Shown here in pieces: positions 36,630 to 49,300 of a stretch of 64,000 bases of DNA. The notes below the pieces were generated by a model. The model was not told the DNA's origin, searched no databases, and saw nothing but the letters and a program-made list of their open reading frames with translations. The position numbers and the translations under genes were made by a program. The stretch comes from Narcine bancroftii (lineage: Eukaryota): the NCBI RefSeq assembly GCF_036971445.1, contig NC_091476.1, forward strand, positions 75,206,001 through 75,270,000. The letters run 5' to 3'. How positions within the stretch are numbered: position 1 is the first letter of the stretch; each line of letters starts with the position of its first letter.

Positions 36630-39600
36630 GCTTGTGCTGACTTGTGTTGGCCTGCGTTGACTTGGATCGACTTGTGTTGGCCTGCACTGACTTGGGTTGA
36701 CTTGTGTTGGCCTGCGCTGACTTTGATTGACTTGTGTTGGCCTGCGCTGACTTGGATTGGCTTGTGTTGGCCTGCGCTGACTTGGATTGACTTGTGTTGG
36801 CCTGCACTGACTTGGATTGACTTGTGTTGGCCTGCGCTGATGTAGATTGACTTGTGTTGGCCTGCGCTGACTTGGATTGACTTGTGTTGGGCTGCGCTGA
36901 CTTGGATTGACTTGTGTTGGGCTGCGCTGACTTGGATTGACTTGTGTTGGGCTGCGCTGACTTGGATTGACTTGTGTTGGGCTGCACTGACTTGGATTGA
37001 CTTGTGTTGGGCTGCGCTGACTTGGATTGACTTGTGTTGGGCTGCGCTGACTTGGATTGACTTGTGTTGGGCTGCGCTGACTTGGATTGACTTGTGTTGG
37101 CCTGCGCTGATGTAGATTGACTTGTGTTGGCCTGCGCTGACTTGGATCGACTTAGATTGATTTGTGTTGGCCTGCGCTGACTTGGATTGAATTGTGTTGG
37201 TCTGCGCGACTTGGATTGATTTGTGTTGGCCTGCGCTGACTTAGATTGACTCATGCTGGCCTGCGCGACTTGGATTGACTTGGATTGATTTGTGTTGGCC
37301 TGCGCGACTTGGATTGATTTGTGTTGGCTTGCGCTGACTTGACTTGGATTGAATTGTGTTGGGCTGCGCTGACTTGGATTGACTTGTGTTGGCCTGCGCT
37401 GAATTGGATTTACTTGTGTTGGCCTGCGCTGAATTGGATTGACTTGTGTTGGCCTGCACTGACTTGGATTGACCTGTGTTGGCTTGCGTTGACTTGGATT
37501 GACTTGTGTTTGGCTGCGCTGACTTGGATTGACTTGTGTTGGGCTGCGCTGACTTGGATTGACTTGTGTTGGGCTGCGCTGACTTGGATTGACTTGTGTT
37601 GTGCTGTGCTGACTTGGATTGACTTGTGTTGGGCTGCGCTGACTTGGATTGACTTGTGTTGGCCTGCGCTGATGTAGATTGACTTGTGTTGGCCTGCGCT
37701 GACTTGGATTGACTTGTGTTGGGCTGCGCTGACTTGGATTGACTTGTGTTGGGCTGCGCTGACTTGGATTGACTTGTGTTGGGCTGCGCTGACTTGGATT
37801 GACTTGTGTTGGGCTGCGCTGACTTGGATTGACTTGTGTTGGGCTGCGCTGACTTGGATTGACTTGTGTTGGCCTGCGCTGATGTAGATTGACTTGTGTT
37901 GGCCTGCGCTGACTTGGATCGACTTAGATTGATTTGTGTTGGCCTGCGCTGACTTGGATTGATTTGTGTTGGCCTGCGCTGACTTGGATTGATTTGTGTT
38001 GGCCTGCGCTGACTTGGATTGATTTGTGTTGGCCTGCGCGACTTGGATTGACTTGGATTGATTTGTGTTGGCCTGCGCTGACTTGGATTGACTCGTGTTG
38101 GCCTGCGCGACTTGGATTGATTTGTGTTGGCTTGCGCTGACTTGACTTGGATTGAATTGTGTTGGGCTGCGCTGACTTGGATTGACTTGTGTTGGCCTGC
38201 GCTGAATTGGATTTACTTGTGTTGGCCTGCGCTGAATTGGATTGACTTGTGTTGGCCTGCGCTGACTTGGATTGACCTGTGTTGGCTTGCGTTGACTTGG
38301 ATTGACCTGTGTTGGCCTGGGCTGACTTGGATTGACTTGTGTTGGGCTGTGCTGACTTGGATTGACTTGTGTTGGGCTGTGCTGACTTGGATTGACTTGT
38401 GTTGGGCTGCGCTGACTTGTGTTGGCTTGGATTGACTTGTGTTGGCTTGGATTGACTTGTGTTGGCTTGGATTGACTTGTGTTGGCTTGGTTTGACTTGT
38501 GTTGGCTTGGATTGACTTGTGTTGGCTTGGATTGACCTGCACTTTCTTGGATTGACTTGTGTTGGCGTGCACTAACTTGGATTGACTTGTGTTGGCGTGC
38601 ACTGACTTGGATTGACTTGTGTTGGGCTGCACTGACTTGAATTGACTTGTGTTGGGCTGCGCTGACTTGAATTGACTTGTGTTGGTCTGCGCTGACTTGA
38701 ATTGACTTGTGTTGGTCTGCGCTGACTTGGATTGACTTGTGTTGGCCTGCTCTGACTTGGATTGACCTGTGTTGGCTTGCTTTGATGTGGATTGACTTGT
38801 GTTGGCCTGCACTGACTTGGATTGACTTGTGTTGGCCTGCACTGACTTGGATTGACTTGTGTTGGGCTGCGCTGACTTGGATTGACTTGTGTTGGGCTGC
38901 ACTGACTTGAATTTACTTGTGTTGGGTTGCGCTGACTTGGATTGATTTGTGTTGGGCTGCGCTGACTTGTGTTGGCTTGGATTGACTTGTGTTGGCTTGG
39001 ATTGACTTGTGTTGGCTTGGATTAACTTGTGTTGGCTTGGTTTGACTTGTGTTGGCTTGGTTTGACTTGTATTGGCTTGGATTGACTTGTGTTGGCTTGG
39101 ATTGACTTGTGTTGGCTTGGATTAACTTGTGTTGGCTTGGATTGACTTGTGTCGCTTGGATTGACTTATGTTGGCTTGGATTGACCTGCACTTTCTTGGA
39201 TTGACTTGTGTTGGCGTGCACTAACTTGGATTGACTTGTGTTGGCGTGCACTGACTTGGATTGACTTGTGTTGGGCTGCACTGACTTGAATTGACTTGTG
39301 TTGGGCTGCGCTGACTTGAATTGACTTGTGTTGGTCTGCGCTGACTTGAATTGACTTGTGTTGGTCTGCGCTAACTTGGATTGACTTGTGTTGGCCTGCT
39401 CTGACTTGGATTGACCTGTGTTGGCTTGCTTTGATGTGGATTGACTTGTGTTGGCCTGCACTGACTTGGATTGACTTGTGTTGGCCTGCACTGACTTGGA
39501 TTGACTTGTGTTGGGCTGCGCTGACTTGGATTGACTTGTGTTGGGCTGCACTGACTTGAATTTACTTGTGTTGGGTTGCGCTGACTTGGATTGATTTGTG

Positions 39601-41520
39601 TTGGCCTGCGCTGACTTGGATTGACCTGTGTTGGCTTGCGTTGACTTGGATTGACTTGTGTTGGGCTGTGCTGACTTGGATTGACTTGTGTTGGGCTGTG
39701 CTGACTTGGATTGACTTGTGTTGGGCTGCGCTGACTTGTGTTGGCTTGGATTGACTTGTGTTGGCTTGGATTGACTTGTGTTGGCTTGGATTGACTTGTG
39801 TTGGCTTGGTTTGACTTGTGTTGGCTTGGTTTGACTTGTGTTGGCTTGGTTTGACTTGTGTTGGCTTGGATTGACTTGTGTTGGCTTGGATTGACTTGTG
39901 TTGGCTTGTATTAACTTGTGTTGGCTTGGATTAACTTGTGTTGGCTTGGATTGACTTGTGTGGCTTGGATTGACTTATGTTGGCTTGGATTGACCTGCAC
40001 TTTCTTGGATTGACTTGTGTTGGCGTGCACTAACTTGGATTGACTTGTGTTGGCGTGCACTGACTTGAATTGACTTGTGTTGGGCTGCACTGACTTGAAT
40101 TGACTTGTGTTGGGCTGCGCTGACTTGAATTGACTTGTGTTGGTCTGACTTGTGTTGGGCTGCACTGACTTGAATTGACTTGTGTTGGGCTGCGCTGACT
40201 TGAATTGACTTGTGTTGGTCTGCGCTGACTTGAATTGACTTGTGTTGGTCTGCGCTGACTTGGATTGACTTGTGTTGGCCTGCTCTGACTTGGATTGACC
40301 TGTGTTGGCTTGCTTTGATGTGGATTGACTTGTGTTGGCCTGCACTGACTTGGATTGACTTGTGTTGGCCTGCACTGACTTGGATTGACTTGTGTTGGGC
40401 TGCGCTGACTTGGATTTACTTGTGTTGGGTTGCGCTGACTTGGATTGATTTGTGTTGGGCTGCGCTGACTTGAATTGACTTGTGTTGGTCTGCGCTGACT
40501 TGGATTGACTTGTGTTGGCTTGCTCTGACTTGGATTGACTTGTGTTGGCTTGGATTGACTTGTGTTGGCTTGGATTGACTTGTGTTGGCTTGGATTGACC
40601 TGCACTTTCTTGGATTGACTTGTGTTGGTCTGCGCTGACTTGAATTGACTTGTGTTGGTCTGCGCTGACTTGGATTGACTTGTGTTGGCCTGCTCTGACT
40701 TGGATTGACCTGTGTTGGCTTGCTCTGATGTGGATTGACTTGTGTTGGCTTACACTGACTTGGATTGACTTGTGTTGGCCTGCTCTGACTTGGATTGACC
40801 TGTGTTGGCTTGCTCTGATGTGGATTGACTTGTGTTGGCTTACACTGACTTGGATTGACTTGTGTTGGCCTGCACTGACTTGGATTGACTTGTGTTGGGC
40901 TGCACTGACTTGAATTGACTTGTGTTGGTCTGCGCTGACTTGGATTGACTTGTGTTGGCCTGCTCTGACTTGGATTGACCTGTGTTGGCTTGCTCTGATG
41001 TGGATTGACTTGTGTTGGCTTACACTGACTTGGATTGACTTGTGTTGGCCTGCTCTGACTTGGATTGACCTGTGTTGGCTTGCTCTGATGTGGATTGACT
41101 TGTGTTGGCTTACACTGACTTGGATTGACTTGTGTTGGCCTGCACTGACTTGGATTGACTTGTGTTGGGCTGCACTGACTTGAATTTACTTGTGTTGGGT
41201 TGCGCTGACTTGGATTGATTTGTGTTGGGCTGCGCTGACTTGGATTGACTTGTGTTGGTCTGCGCTGACTTGGATTGACTTGTGTTGGTCTGCGCTGACT
41301 TGGATTGACTTGTGTTGGTCTGCGCTGACTTGGATTGACTTGTGTTGGTCTGCGCTGACTTGGATTGACTTGTGTTGGCTTGCTCTGACTTGGATTGACT
41401 TGTGTTGGCTTGGATTGACTTGTGTTGGCTTGGATTGACCTGCACTTTCTTGGATTGACTTGTATGGGCCTGCGTTGATTTGGATTGACTTGTGTTGGCC
41501 ATGCGTTGACTTGGATTGAC
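36630..41520. repeat. ~4.9-kb satellite, 30-bp unit GACTTGGATT-GACTTGTGTT-GGCCTGCGCT with 20-bp variant and higher-order blocks
   Basis: Visible tandem array. Confidence 0.98.
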
Positions 41521-42859
41521 ATGTGTTATGTTGACTTGTATTCATTTGTGTTGGCTTGTATTGACCTACGTTGACCTATGTTGACTTGTATTTATCTGTA
41601 TTGACTTGCATTACCCTATATTGATGTGTGTTGACCTGTGTTGACCCGTTGCCCTGCATTGCCCTGCATTGGTTTTCTTTGACTTTTTGGCTTTTGTTTA
41701 CTTGTGTTGGCCTGCATTGCCTTGCATTGATTTTGTGTTATGTCCTTGTCTAGATTGTGTTGTCACACTGGGTTGTGCCATCTTGAACTGCGTTGTGGCA
41801 TCTACTAATGGGCTACAATTTTATGAATGTCTTTCCTTTTCAGGGTTTGATGGACTTTATCTTAGATTGGGTTCCAATCTCCTGGTTAAGGATGCTGACT
41901 CTTGATGCGATTGATCTGCCATAGACTGGGTGACCTTATCTAAAGTGGGTTTATTGCATAGTTTCAGATTGCATGTTTCGCTTTGGAATGGCTCTTATTA
42001 TCCGCAGTTGGACTGGGTGCATCGGTTTGCTTGGGGTATGTTGTCACAATCAGGATTGTAGTGGAATTGTGCTCCCCCCCCCCCCCCCCCCCACCCCACC
42101 CCACTGGATTGCAAGGCAATGATTGACATGGCCTATCAAATTAGATAGAGCTCAACATTCTGGGCTGGGTGAATCTTACTTGTATTGACGTGGTTTGTGG
42201 GATCTGTAGTTTGGGACTGAATTGGAGATTCTTAGACTGGAGTGTGATGTGTTGATTTAACCGATCGGATGGCGTTATCTTGCATCATCTTGGTTTGGGA
42301 CGTTGAGTGAAGAGTTGGGCTGCATTATTTTAAATTGGCTTATGCTGTTTTAAATGAAATCAGTCTCTTGCGTTGTGTTGCGTGACCTTGAGCGCTATAC
42401 TACACTGGGCTCATTTGAGTTGTCTGACTGACTCACATCATGTGGGAGTCGGTTGCTATGAATGGGTGGCGTGGTTTGGACCGAATGGCGTGGTTGCAGG
42501 GGGTGATTCTCCACGGGATAGTACAGACCACCTTGTATTGTCTTGGGACAGATAGCGCCATCTCGGTGCATTGCATTAGGTTGCAATGTCTCCGACTGGA
42601 TTACACCTGAGTGTGGGCTGTTTTTCGTCGGATTGTATTCTCCTGGATTGGGTTTGTGTTGACCTCAAATGAACCTCGAATCCACTCCTCCCCACTTCCT
42701 GTGGCTTCAAAGCTAAAATTACACCCACCATTGGAGCAGGTGCTGCTACTGGATTGGACCTGGACCACCCTGGACTGCATTCAAAGGACGAGCCTAGCCA
42801 CTCCCACCTCTTTCCTCCTTCCTCTCCCAATCCCACCTTCCATCTCCTTTCCATTCTTC

Positions 42860-44640
42860 CTCCCTTCCTTCCTCCCCTCTTCCTTTCCCTTGCCTCCCCT
42901 CCCTCATTCCCCCTCTCCCTCCCTCATTCCCCCCTCTCCCCTCCCTCATTCCCCCTCTCCCCTCCCTCATTCCCCCTCTCCCTCCCTCATTCCCCCTCTC
43001 CCTCCCTCATTCCCCCTCTCCCTCAATTCCCCCTCTCCCTCCCTCATTCCCCCCTCTCACCCCCTCCCTCCCACCCTCATCCCCCTCTCCCTCCCTCATT
43101 CCCCCTCTCCTCCCTCATTCCCCCTCTCCCTCCCTCATTCCCCTCTCCTCCCTCATCCCCCTCTCCCACTCATTCCCCTCTCCCCTCATTCCCCCTCCCC
43201 TCCTCATTCCCCCTCTCCTCCCTCATTCCCCCTCTCCCTCCCTCATTCCCCCTCTCCCTCCCTCATTCCCCCTCTCCCTCCCTCATTCCCCCTCTCCCTC
43301 CCTCATTCCCCCTCTCCCTCCCTCATTCCCCCTCTCCCTCCCTCATTCCCCTCTCCCTCCCTCATCCCCCTCACCCTCATTCCCCCCCCCTCATCCCCTC
43401 CCCCTCATTCCCCCTCTCCCTCCCTCATTCCCCCTCACCCTCCCTCATTCCCCTCTCCCTCCTCATTCCCCCTCTCCCTCCCTCATTCCCCTCTCCCTCC
43501 CTCATTCCCTCTCCCTCCCTCATTCCCCCTCTCCCTCCCTCATTCCCCTCTCCCTCCCTCATTCCCCCTCTCCCTCCCTCATTCCCCCTCTCCCTCCTCA
43601 TTCCCCCTCTCCCTCCTCATTCCCCCTCTCCCTCTCATTCCCCCTCTCCCTCTCATCCCCTCTCCCTCTCATTCCCCCTCTCCTCCCTCATTCCCCCTCT
43701 CCCTCCCTCATTCCCCCTCTCCCTCCCTCATTCCCCCTCCCTCCTCATTCCCCCCTCCCTCCCTCATTCCCCTCTCCCTCCCTCATTCCCCCTCTCCCAT
43801 CCCTCATTCCCCCTCTCCCTCCCTCATTCCCCCCTCCCTCCCTCAATCCCCCTCTCCCTCCCTCATTCCCCTCTCCCTCCCTCATTCCCCCTCTCCCTCC
43901 CTCATTCCCCCTCTCCCTCCCTCATTCCCCCCTCTCCCTCCCTCATTCCCCCTCTCCCTCCCTCATTCCCCCTCTCCCTCCCTCATTCCCCCTCTCCCTC
44001 CCTCATTCCCCCTCTCCCTCCCTCATTCCCCCTCTCCCTCCCTCATTCCCCCTCTCCCTCCCTCATTCCCCCTCTCCCTCCCTCATTCCTCATTCCCCCT
44101 CTCCCTCCCTCATGCCCCCTCTCCCTCCCTCATTCCCCCCTCCCTCCCTCATTCCCCCCTCCCTCCCTCATTCCCCCCCTCCCTCCCTCATTCCCCCCCC
44201 CTCCCTCCCTCATTCCCCCCACTCCCTCCCTCATTCCCCCCCTCCCTCCCTCATTCCCCCTCTCCCTCCCTCATTCCCCCTCTCCCTCCCTCATTCCCCC
44301 TCTCCCTCCCTCATTCCCCCTCTCCCTCCCTCATTCCCCCTCTCCCTCCTCATTCCCCATCTCCCTCCCTCATTCCCCATCTCCCTCCCTCATTCCCCTT
44401 TACACTCCCACTTCCTCTTCCCTCCTCCCTTTCCCTCCCTCCTCCCTCCTCCCCTTTCCTTCCCTCCTCTCCACCTCTCCCCATACTTCCTCTCCCTTCC
44501 CTCCTCCCTCCCACCCCCATCTCCCTCCCACCCCCATCTCCCTCCCACCCCCATCTCCCTCCCACCCCCATCTCCCTCCCACCCCCATCTCCCTCCACCC
44601 CATCTCCTCCCTCCCACCCCATCTCCACCCTTCCCAACCC
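42860..44640. repeat. Pyrimidine-rich 20-bp array TCCCTCCCTCATTCCCCCTC followed by 16-bp CCCCATCTCCCTCCCA units
   Basis: Visible tandem array. Confidence 0.97.
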
Positions 44641-45169
44641 TCTATACCCCTCCTTCACCTATCCCAATTCCTCCACCCCTCCCAATTCTCTCACCCCACC
44701 ACACCCTCCTCACCCCCACTCACCCATTCCCTTCAATATACCTTCCCTCTCAATACCACCTCTCCCCCACACCTCCTCCAACACCACCACCCTTCAACTC
44801 AACCCCCCCCTCCACATGCTCTCACCCCTCTCCTCACCCCCACCCTACCTTCTCCATCCTCCCCTCCCAACCCCTCAGCCCACTCCCCCTACACTCTCCA
44901 CCACTGGAACCCATTACCAGCCCCTCCATTGTCTCCTGCCCCCAGGTCGATGCACTCCCCCCATCTCCTGCCGCAAACAAGACCCCAGTTTGCATCAAAG
45001 TCAATGCAAGGAGGGGCCTCCGGTTTTCCTCCCCAATCCCCCTGGGATTTACCCCTCCATCATCCCCAGGAGCTTTCCACCCCCCCATCCCCCCCAGAAC
45101 CAGCACCCGATCCCCCCCAGGACCAGCCCCCCACCCCCCCCAGGATCTGCCCCCCACCCCCCCAGGACC

Positions 45170-47010
45170 TGCCATCCTATTCCCCGAGACGTGCCATCCT
45201 ATTCCCCGAGACGTGCCATCCTATGACCCCCGAGACGTGCCATCCAATGACCCCCGAGACGTGCCATCCAATGACCCCCGGGACGTGCCATCCTAGGACC
45301 CCCGGGACGTGCCATCCTAGGACCCCCGAGACGTGCCATCCTAGGACCCCCGAGACGTGCCATCCTAGGACCCCCGAGACGTGCCATCCTAGGACCCCCG
45401 AGACGTGCCATCCTAGGACCCCCGAGACGTGCCATCCTAGGACCCCCGAGACGTGCCATCCTAGGACCCCCGAGACGTGCCATCCTAGGACCCCCGAGAC
45501 GTGCCATCCTAGGACCCCCGAGACGTGCCATCCTAGGACCCCGAGACGTGCCATCCTAGGACCCCCGAGACGTGCCATCCTAGGACCCCCGAGACGTGCC
45601 ATCCTAGGACCCCCGAGACGTGCCATCCTAGGACCCCCGAGACGTGCCATCCTAGGACCCCCGAGACGTGCCATCCTATGACCCCCGAGACGTGCCATCC
45701 TATGACCCCCGAGACGTGCCATCCTATGACCCCCGAGACGTGCCATCCTATGACCCCCGAGACGTGCCATCCTATGACCCCCGAGACGTGCCATCCTATG
45801 ACCCCCCGAGACGTGCCATCCTATGACCCCCGAGACGTGCCATCCTATGACCCCCGAGACGTGCCATCCTGTGACCCCCGAGACGTGCCATCCTGTGACC
45901 CCCGAGACGTGCCATCCTGTGACCCCCGAGACGTGCCATCCTGTGACCCCCGAGACGTGCCATCCTGTGACCCCCGAGACGTGCCATCCTGTGACCCCCG
46001 AGACGTGCCATCCTGTGACCCCCGAGACGTGCCATCCTGTGACCCCGAGACGTGCCATCCTGTGACCCCCGAGACGTGCCATCCTGTGACCCCGAGACGT
46101 GCCATCCTGTGACCCCCGAGACGTGCCATCCTGTGACCCCGAGACGTGCCATCCTGTGACCCCCGAGACGTGCCATCCTGTGACCCCGAGACGTGCCATC
46201 CTGTGACCCCCGAGACGTGCCATCCTGTGACCCCCGAGACGTGCCATCCTGTGACCCCCGAGACGTGCCATCCTGTGACCCCCGAGACGTGCCATCCTGT
46301 GACCCCCGAGACGTGCCATCCTGTGACCCCCGAGACGTGCCATCCTGTGACCCCCGAGACGTGCCATCCTGTGACCCCCGAGACGTGCCATCCTGTGACC
46401 CCCGAGACGTGCCATCCTGTGACCCCCGAGACGTGCCATCCTGTGACCCCCGAGACGTGCCATCCTGTGACCCCCGAGACGTGCCATCCTGTGACCCCCG
46501 AGACGTGCCATCCTGTGACCCCCGAGACGTGCCATCCTGTGACCCCCGAGACGTGCCATCCTGTGACCCCCGAGACGTGCCATCCTGTGACCCCCGAGAC
46601 GTGCCATCCTGTGACCCCGAGACGTGCCATCCTGTGACCCCCGAGACGTGCCATCCTGTGACCCCCGAGACGTGCCATCCTGTGACCCCGAGACGTGCCA
46701 TCCTGTGACCCCCGAGACGTGCCATCCTGTGACCCCCGAGACGTGCCATCCTGTGACCCCCGAGACGTGCCATCCTGTGACCCCCGAGACGTGCCATCCT
46801 GTGACCCCCGAGACGTGCCATCCTGTGACCCCCGAGACGTGCCATCCTGTGACCCCCGAGACGTGCCATCCTGTGACCCCCGAGACGTGCCATCCTGTGA
46901 CCCCCGAGACGTGCCATCCTGTGACCCCCGAGACGTGCCATCCTGTGACCCCGAGACGTGCCATCCTGTGACCCCCGAGACGTGCCATCCTGTGACCCCC
47001 GAGACGTGCC
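45170..47010. repeat. 24-bp minisatellite CCCCCGAGACGTGCCATCCTGTGA, ~76 copies
   Basis: Highly homogeneous array; copy number estimated as span/24. Confidence 0.98.
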
Positions 47011-47394
47011 CCCGCATCCCCCCGGGATCTTTTCCTCCATCCCCCCAGGATCTTTCCCCCCAGGATCTTTCCCCCCAGGATCTTTCCCCCCAGGATCTTT
47101 CCCCCCTCTATCATGCCACCCCCCCACTAGGATCTACCCCCCTATCATTTCAACCCCCCCCAGGATCTCCCCACCCCATCATTCATCCCCCCCCCCCACC
47201 AGGATCCCCTCTCCATTATTCCCCTGGGAACTACTCCCATCACCCCAGGATCTGCCCTCCCATCATTCACCCCCAGGATCTGCATCCATGTCATTCCCCC
47301 CCAACAGGATCTCCCCCTCATCATCCCCCCCCAGGATTTCCCCCACCCCCCCGGGATTCCCCCCCACCCACCCGGGATTTCCCCCACCCCCCCG

Positions 47395-47771
47395 GATGAG
47401 CCAATGGCATGGCAGGAGTGCGACGCGCATGGACAGCAGGGAGGGAGGAGGTGGTGCGGCGGGCGGATGGCTCCGGCCGGAGAGCAGGGGCGGTGAGGCG
47501 GCGCTGCCGGCACTACTTGCGGCCGGCGGGGCTCATTGTGCGGGCCGGACCGGAGCGGCGGCGGCGGGGACTGGGACCGGTAGCCGGCTAGGGGGCAGCC
47601 CAGCTGGCGGGGTCGGGGCACTGGGACCCGGCACGGGGCAGCCCAGCCGGCACCGAGGAAGCCCCGTGGTCTCCGTTCACTTGACCCAGCGCCAGGGGAC
47701 GGGGCAGAGGCGGCGGGAGCTGGAATAAAGGGGGAGGCGACGAGGGGCTGCGTGAGGCCGGCGGCTGGCAG
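47395..47771 (+). promoter_or_regulatory. RCOR2: CpG island / probable RCOR2 promoter and non-coding first exon
   Basis: CCAAT at ~47402, GGGCGG boxes, dense CpG, candidate donors CAG|gcaagt (47772) or GAG|gtgggt (47785); the ATG exon at 58917 has an acceptor and so needs an upstream exon. Confidence 0.65.
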
Positions 47772-47779
47772 GCAAGTGG

Positions 47780-49300
47780 GGGAGGTGGGTGGTGAGGGAA
47801 GGGTAGGAAGTGAGGGGGAAAGGGAGGAGGGGAGGGGAAAGGGAGGAGGGGAGGGGAAAGGGAGGAGGGGAGGGAGAAGGGGGAAAGGGAGGGGAGGGGA
47901 GGAGGAGGAGGGGGCAAAAGGAGGGGAAGGGGAGAGAGGGAGGAGGGGTGGGGTGAGAGGGGAGGGGTGGGCATGGTAGTGGAAAGTGGGTGGGGGTGAG
48001 GAGAGGGTGAAAGGGGAGGGGGTGGGGAAGAGGAGAGTTGGTATAGAGGAAAGGGGAGGGATAGTGGGGAGGAGGGATTAGGGGAACCATGGATGGGAAG
48101 GTGGGTAGAGGAGAGGGGGAGGGGAAAGATGGGAGGAAGGGGAAGGAGGGGGAAGATGGGAGGAAGGGGAAGGAGGGGGAAGATGGGAGGAAAGGGAAGA
48201 TGGGAGGAAGGGGAAGATGGGAGGAAGGGGGAGGGGTAAGGTGGGTGGGATGAAGGGAAGAGGGGTGGGGAAGGGAAAGTGGGGTGGGTCGGGGGTGGGG
48301 GAAATGAGGAAGGGGTAGGGAGGGAAAGGTGGTGGGGCAGGTGGGTGGGGGGTGGGGAGGCAAGTGGGGGAAGAAGGGGGTGGAGGTGGGAGAAAGTGGG
48401 AGGGGGTTGGGGAAGGAGGGTAGGGGTGAGGTATGTGGGATGCGGTTGGAGGAGATGGGTGGGGGTTTGGCGTGTGTGGGTGGATGGGGAGGGGTGTGGG
48501 TGCTTGGGGTAGGGGGTGGATGGATGGGGAGGGGAAGTGTGGGACAGGTATGGGTTGATGGGATGGGGGGATTGGGTGTGTGTGGCGGTATGAGGTGGGT
48601 GAGGGTATGTGAGGTGTTAGGGGTAGTGGTTGGTGTGGGTGCGTAGGGGTCAGGGGTGAGGGTTGGGGTCGTGGGGTGGGGGGAAGGGGTTGGGGAGCAG
48701 TAGGGAAGTGAGGAGGTAGGGGTGATGTCGGGGAAGGAGATAGTTGAGGGGATAAGGGCAGAGGGGTAGTGAGGGGTGTGGCAATGGGGAGAGGGGTTGG
48801 AAAGTGCTGAGGGGTGAGGGTGAGGGGTCAGTCATGGGGAGGGAAAGGCTAAGTGAGGGGGTGTGGATGAGGGGTGGGGGAGTGGCAGGGTGTGAGGCAG
48901 CGAGGGTGCAGGGTAGGAAGGGAGATAGCAGAGGGGCACAGGGGTGGGGAAGGTGAGGAGGGGAGGGAAAGGGGTGAGTTGTGCGGGAAAGAAGGGAGAG
49001 GTTATGGGAGGGGAGGAGAGTGTAAAGGGAGAGGGAGATTGGGGGAAGGAGAGGAGGGGTAATTTGGGAGTGGGTAGTCTGAGTTGAAGGGATTGGAGGA
49101 GGGAACTCATTTGGGATGGGAGGGAGGGAGAGGGGTGGGAGGAGTGGGCGGGCTGAGTGAGGGAGTGTGGGGGTGAGGGCATCGAAGGAAGGGAGAGGGT
49201 CAAGGACGGGTTTGGAAGGAGGGAAGAGGAAAGCAGTGGAGGGGATGTTGGAGCTCGAGGAAGAAGAGCGTGATGGGAGGGGTGAAAGCCAGCGGTCTCT
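47780..49300. repeat. G/A-rich low-complexity tract
   Basis: Polypurine runs. Confidence 0.85.

Noticed and set aside
36241-41545. Long repetitive ORFs (ANTSQSKSAQ / LCWPALTWID) resembling a mucin or antifreeze protein
   Set aside because: By-products of a 30-bp satellite; frames break at 20-bp blocks and indels, with no signal peptide or splice context
42611-47399. 600-975 aa Pro/Ser-rich and GHRMARLG ORFs
   Set aside because: Stop-free because of C-rich and 24-bp tandem repeats; frames shift with C-run length
47396-47728. Gly/Ala-rich ORF in the CpG island as an RCOR2 coding exon
   Set aside because: Stops at 47728 before the candidate donors and shows no similarity to RCOR proteins; at most a uORF
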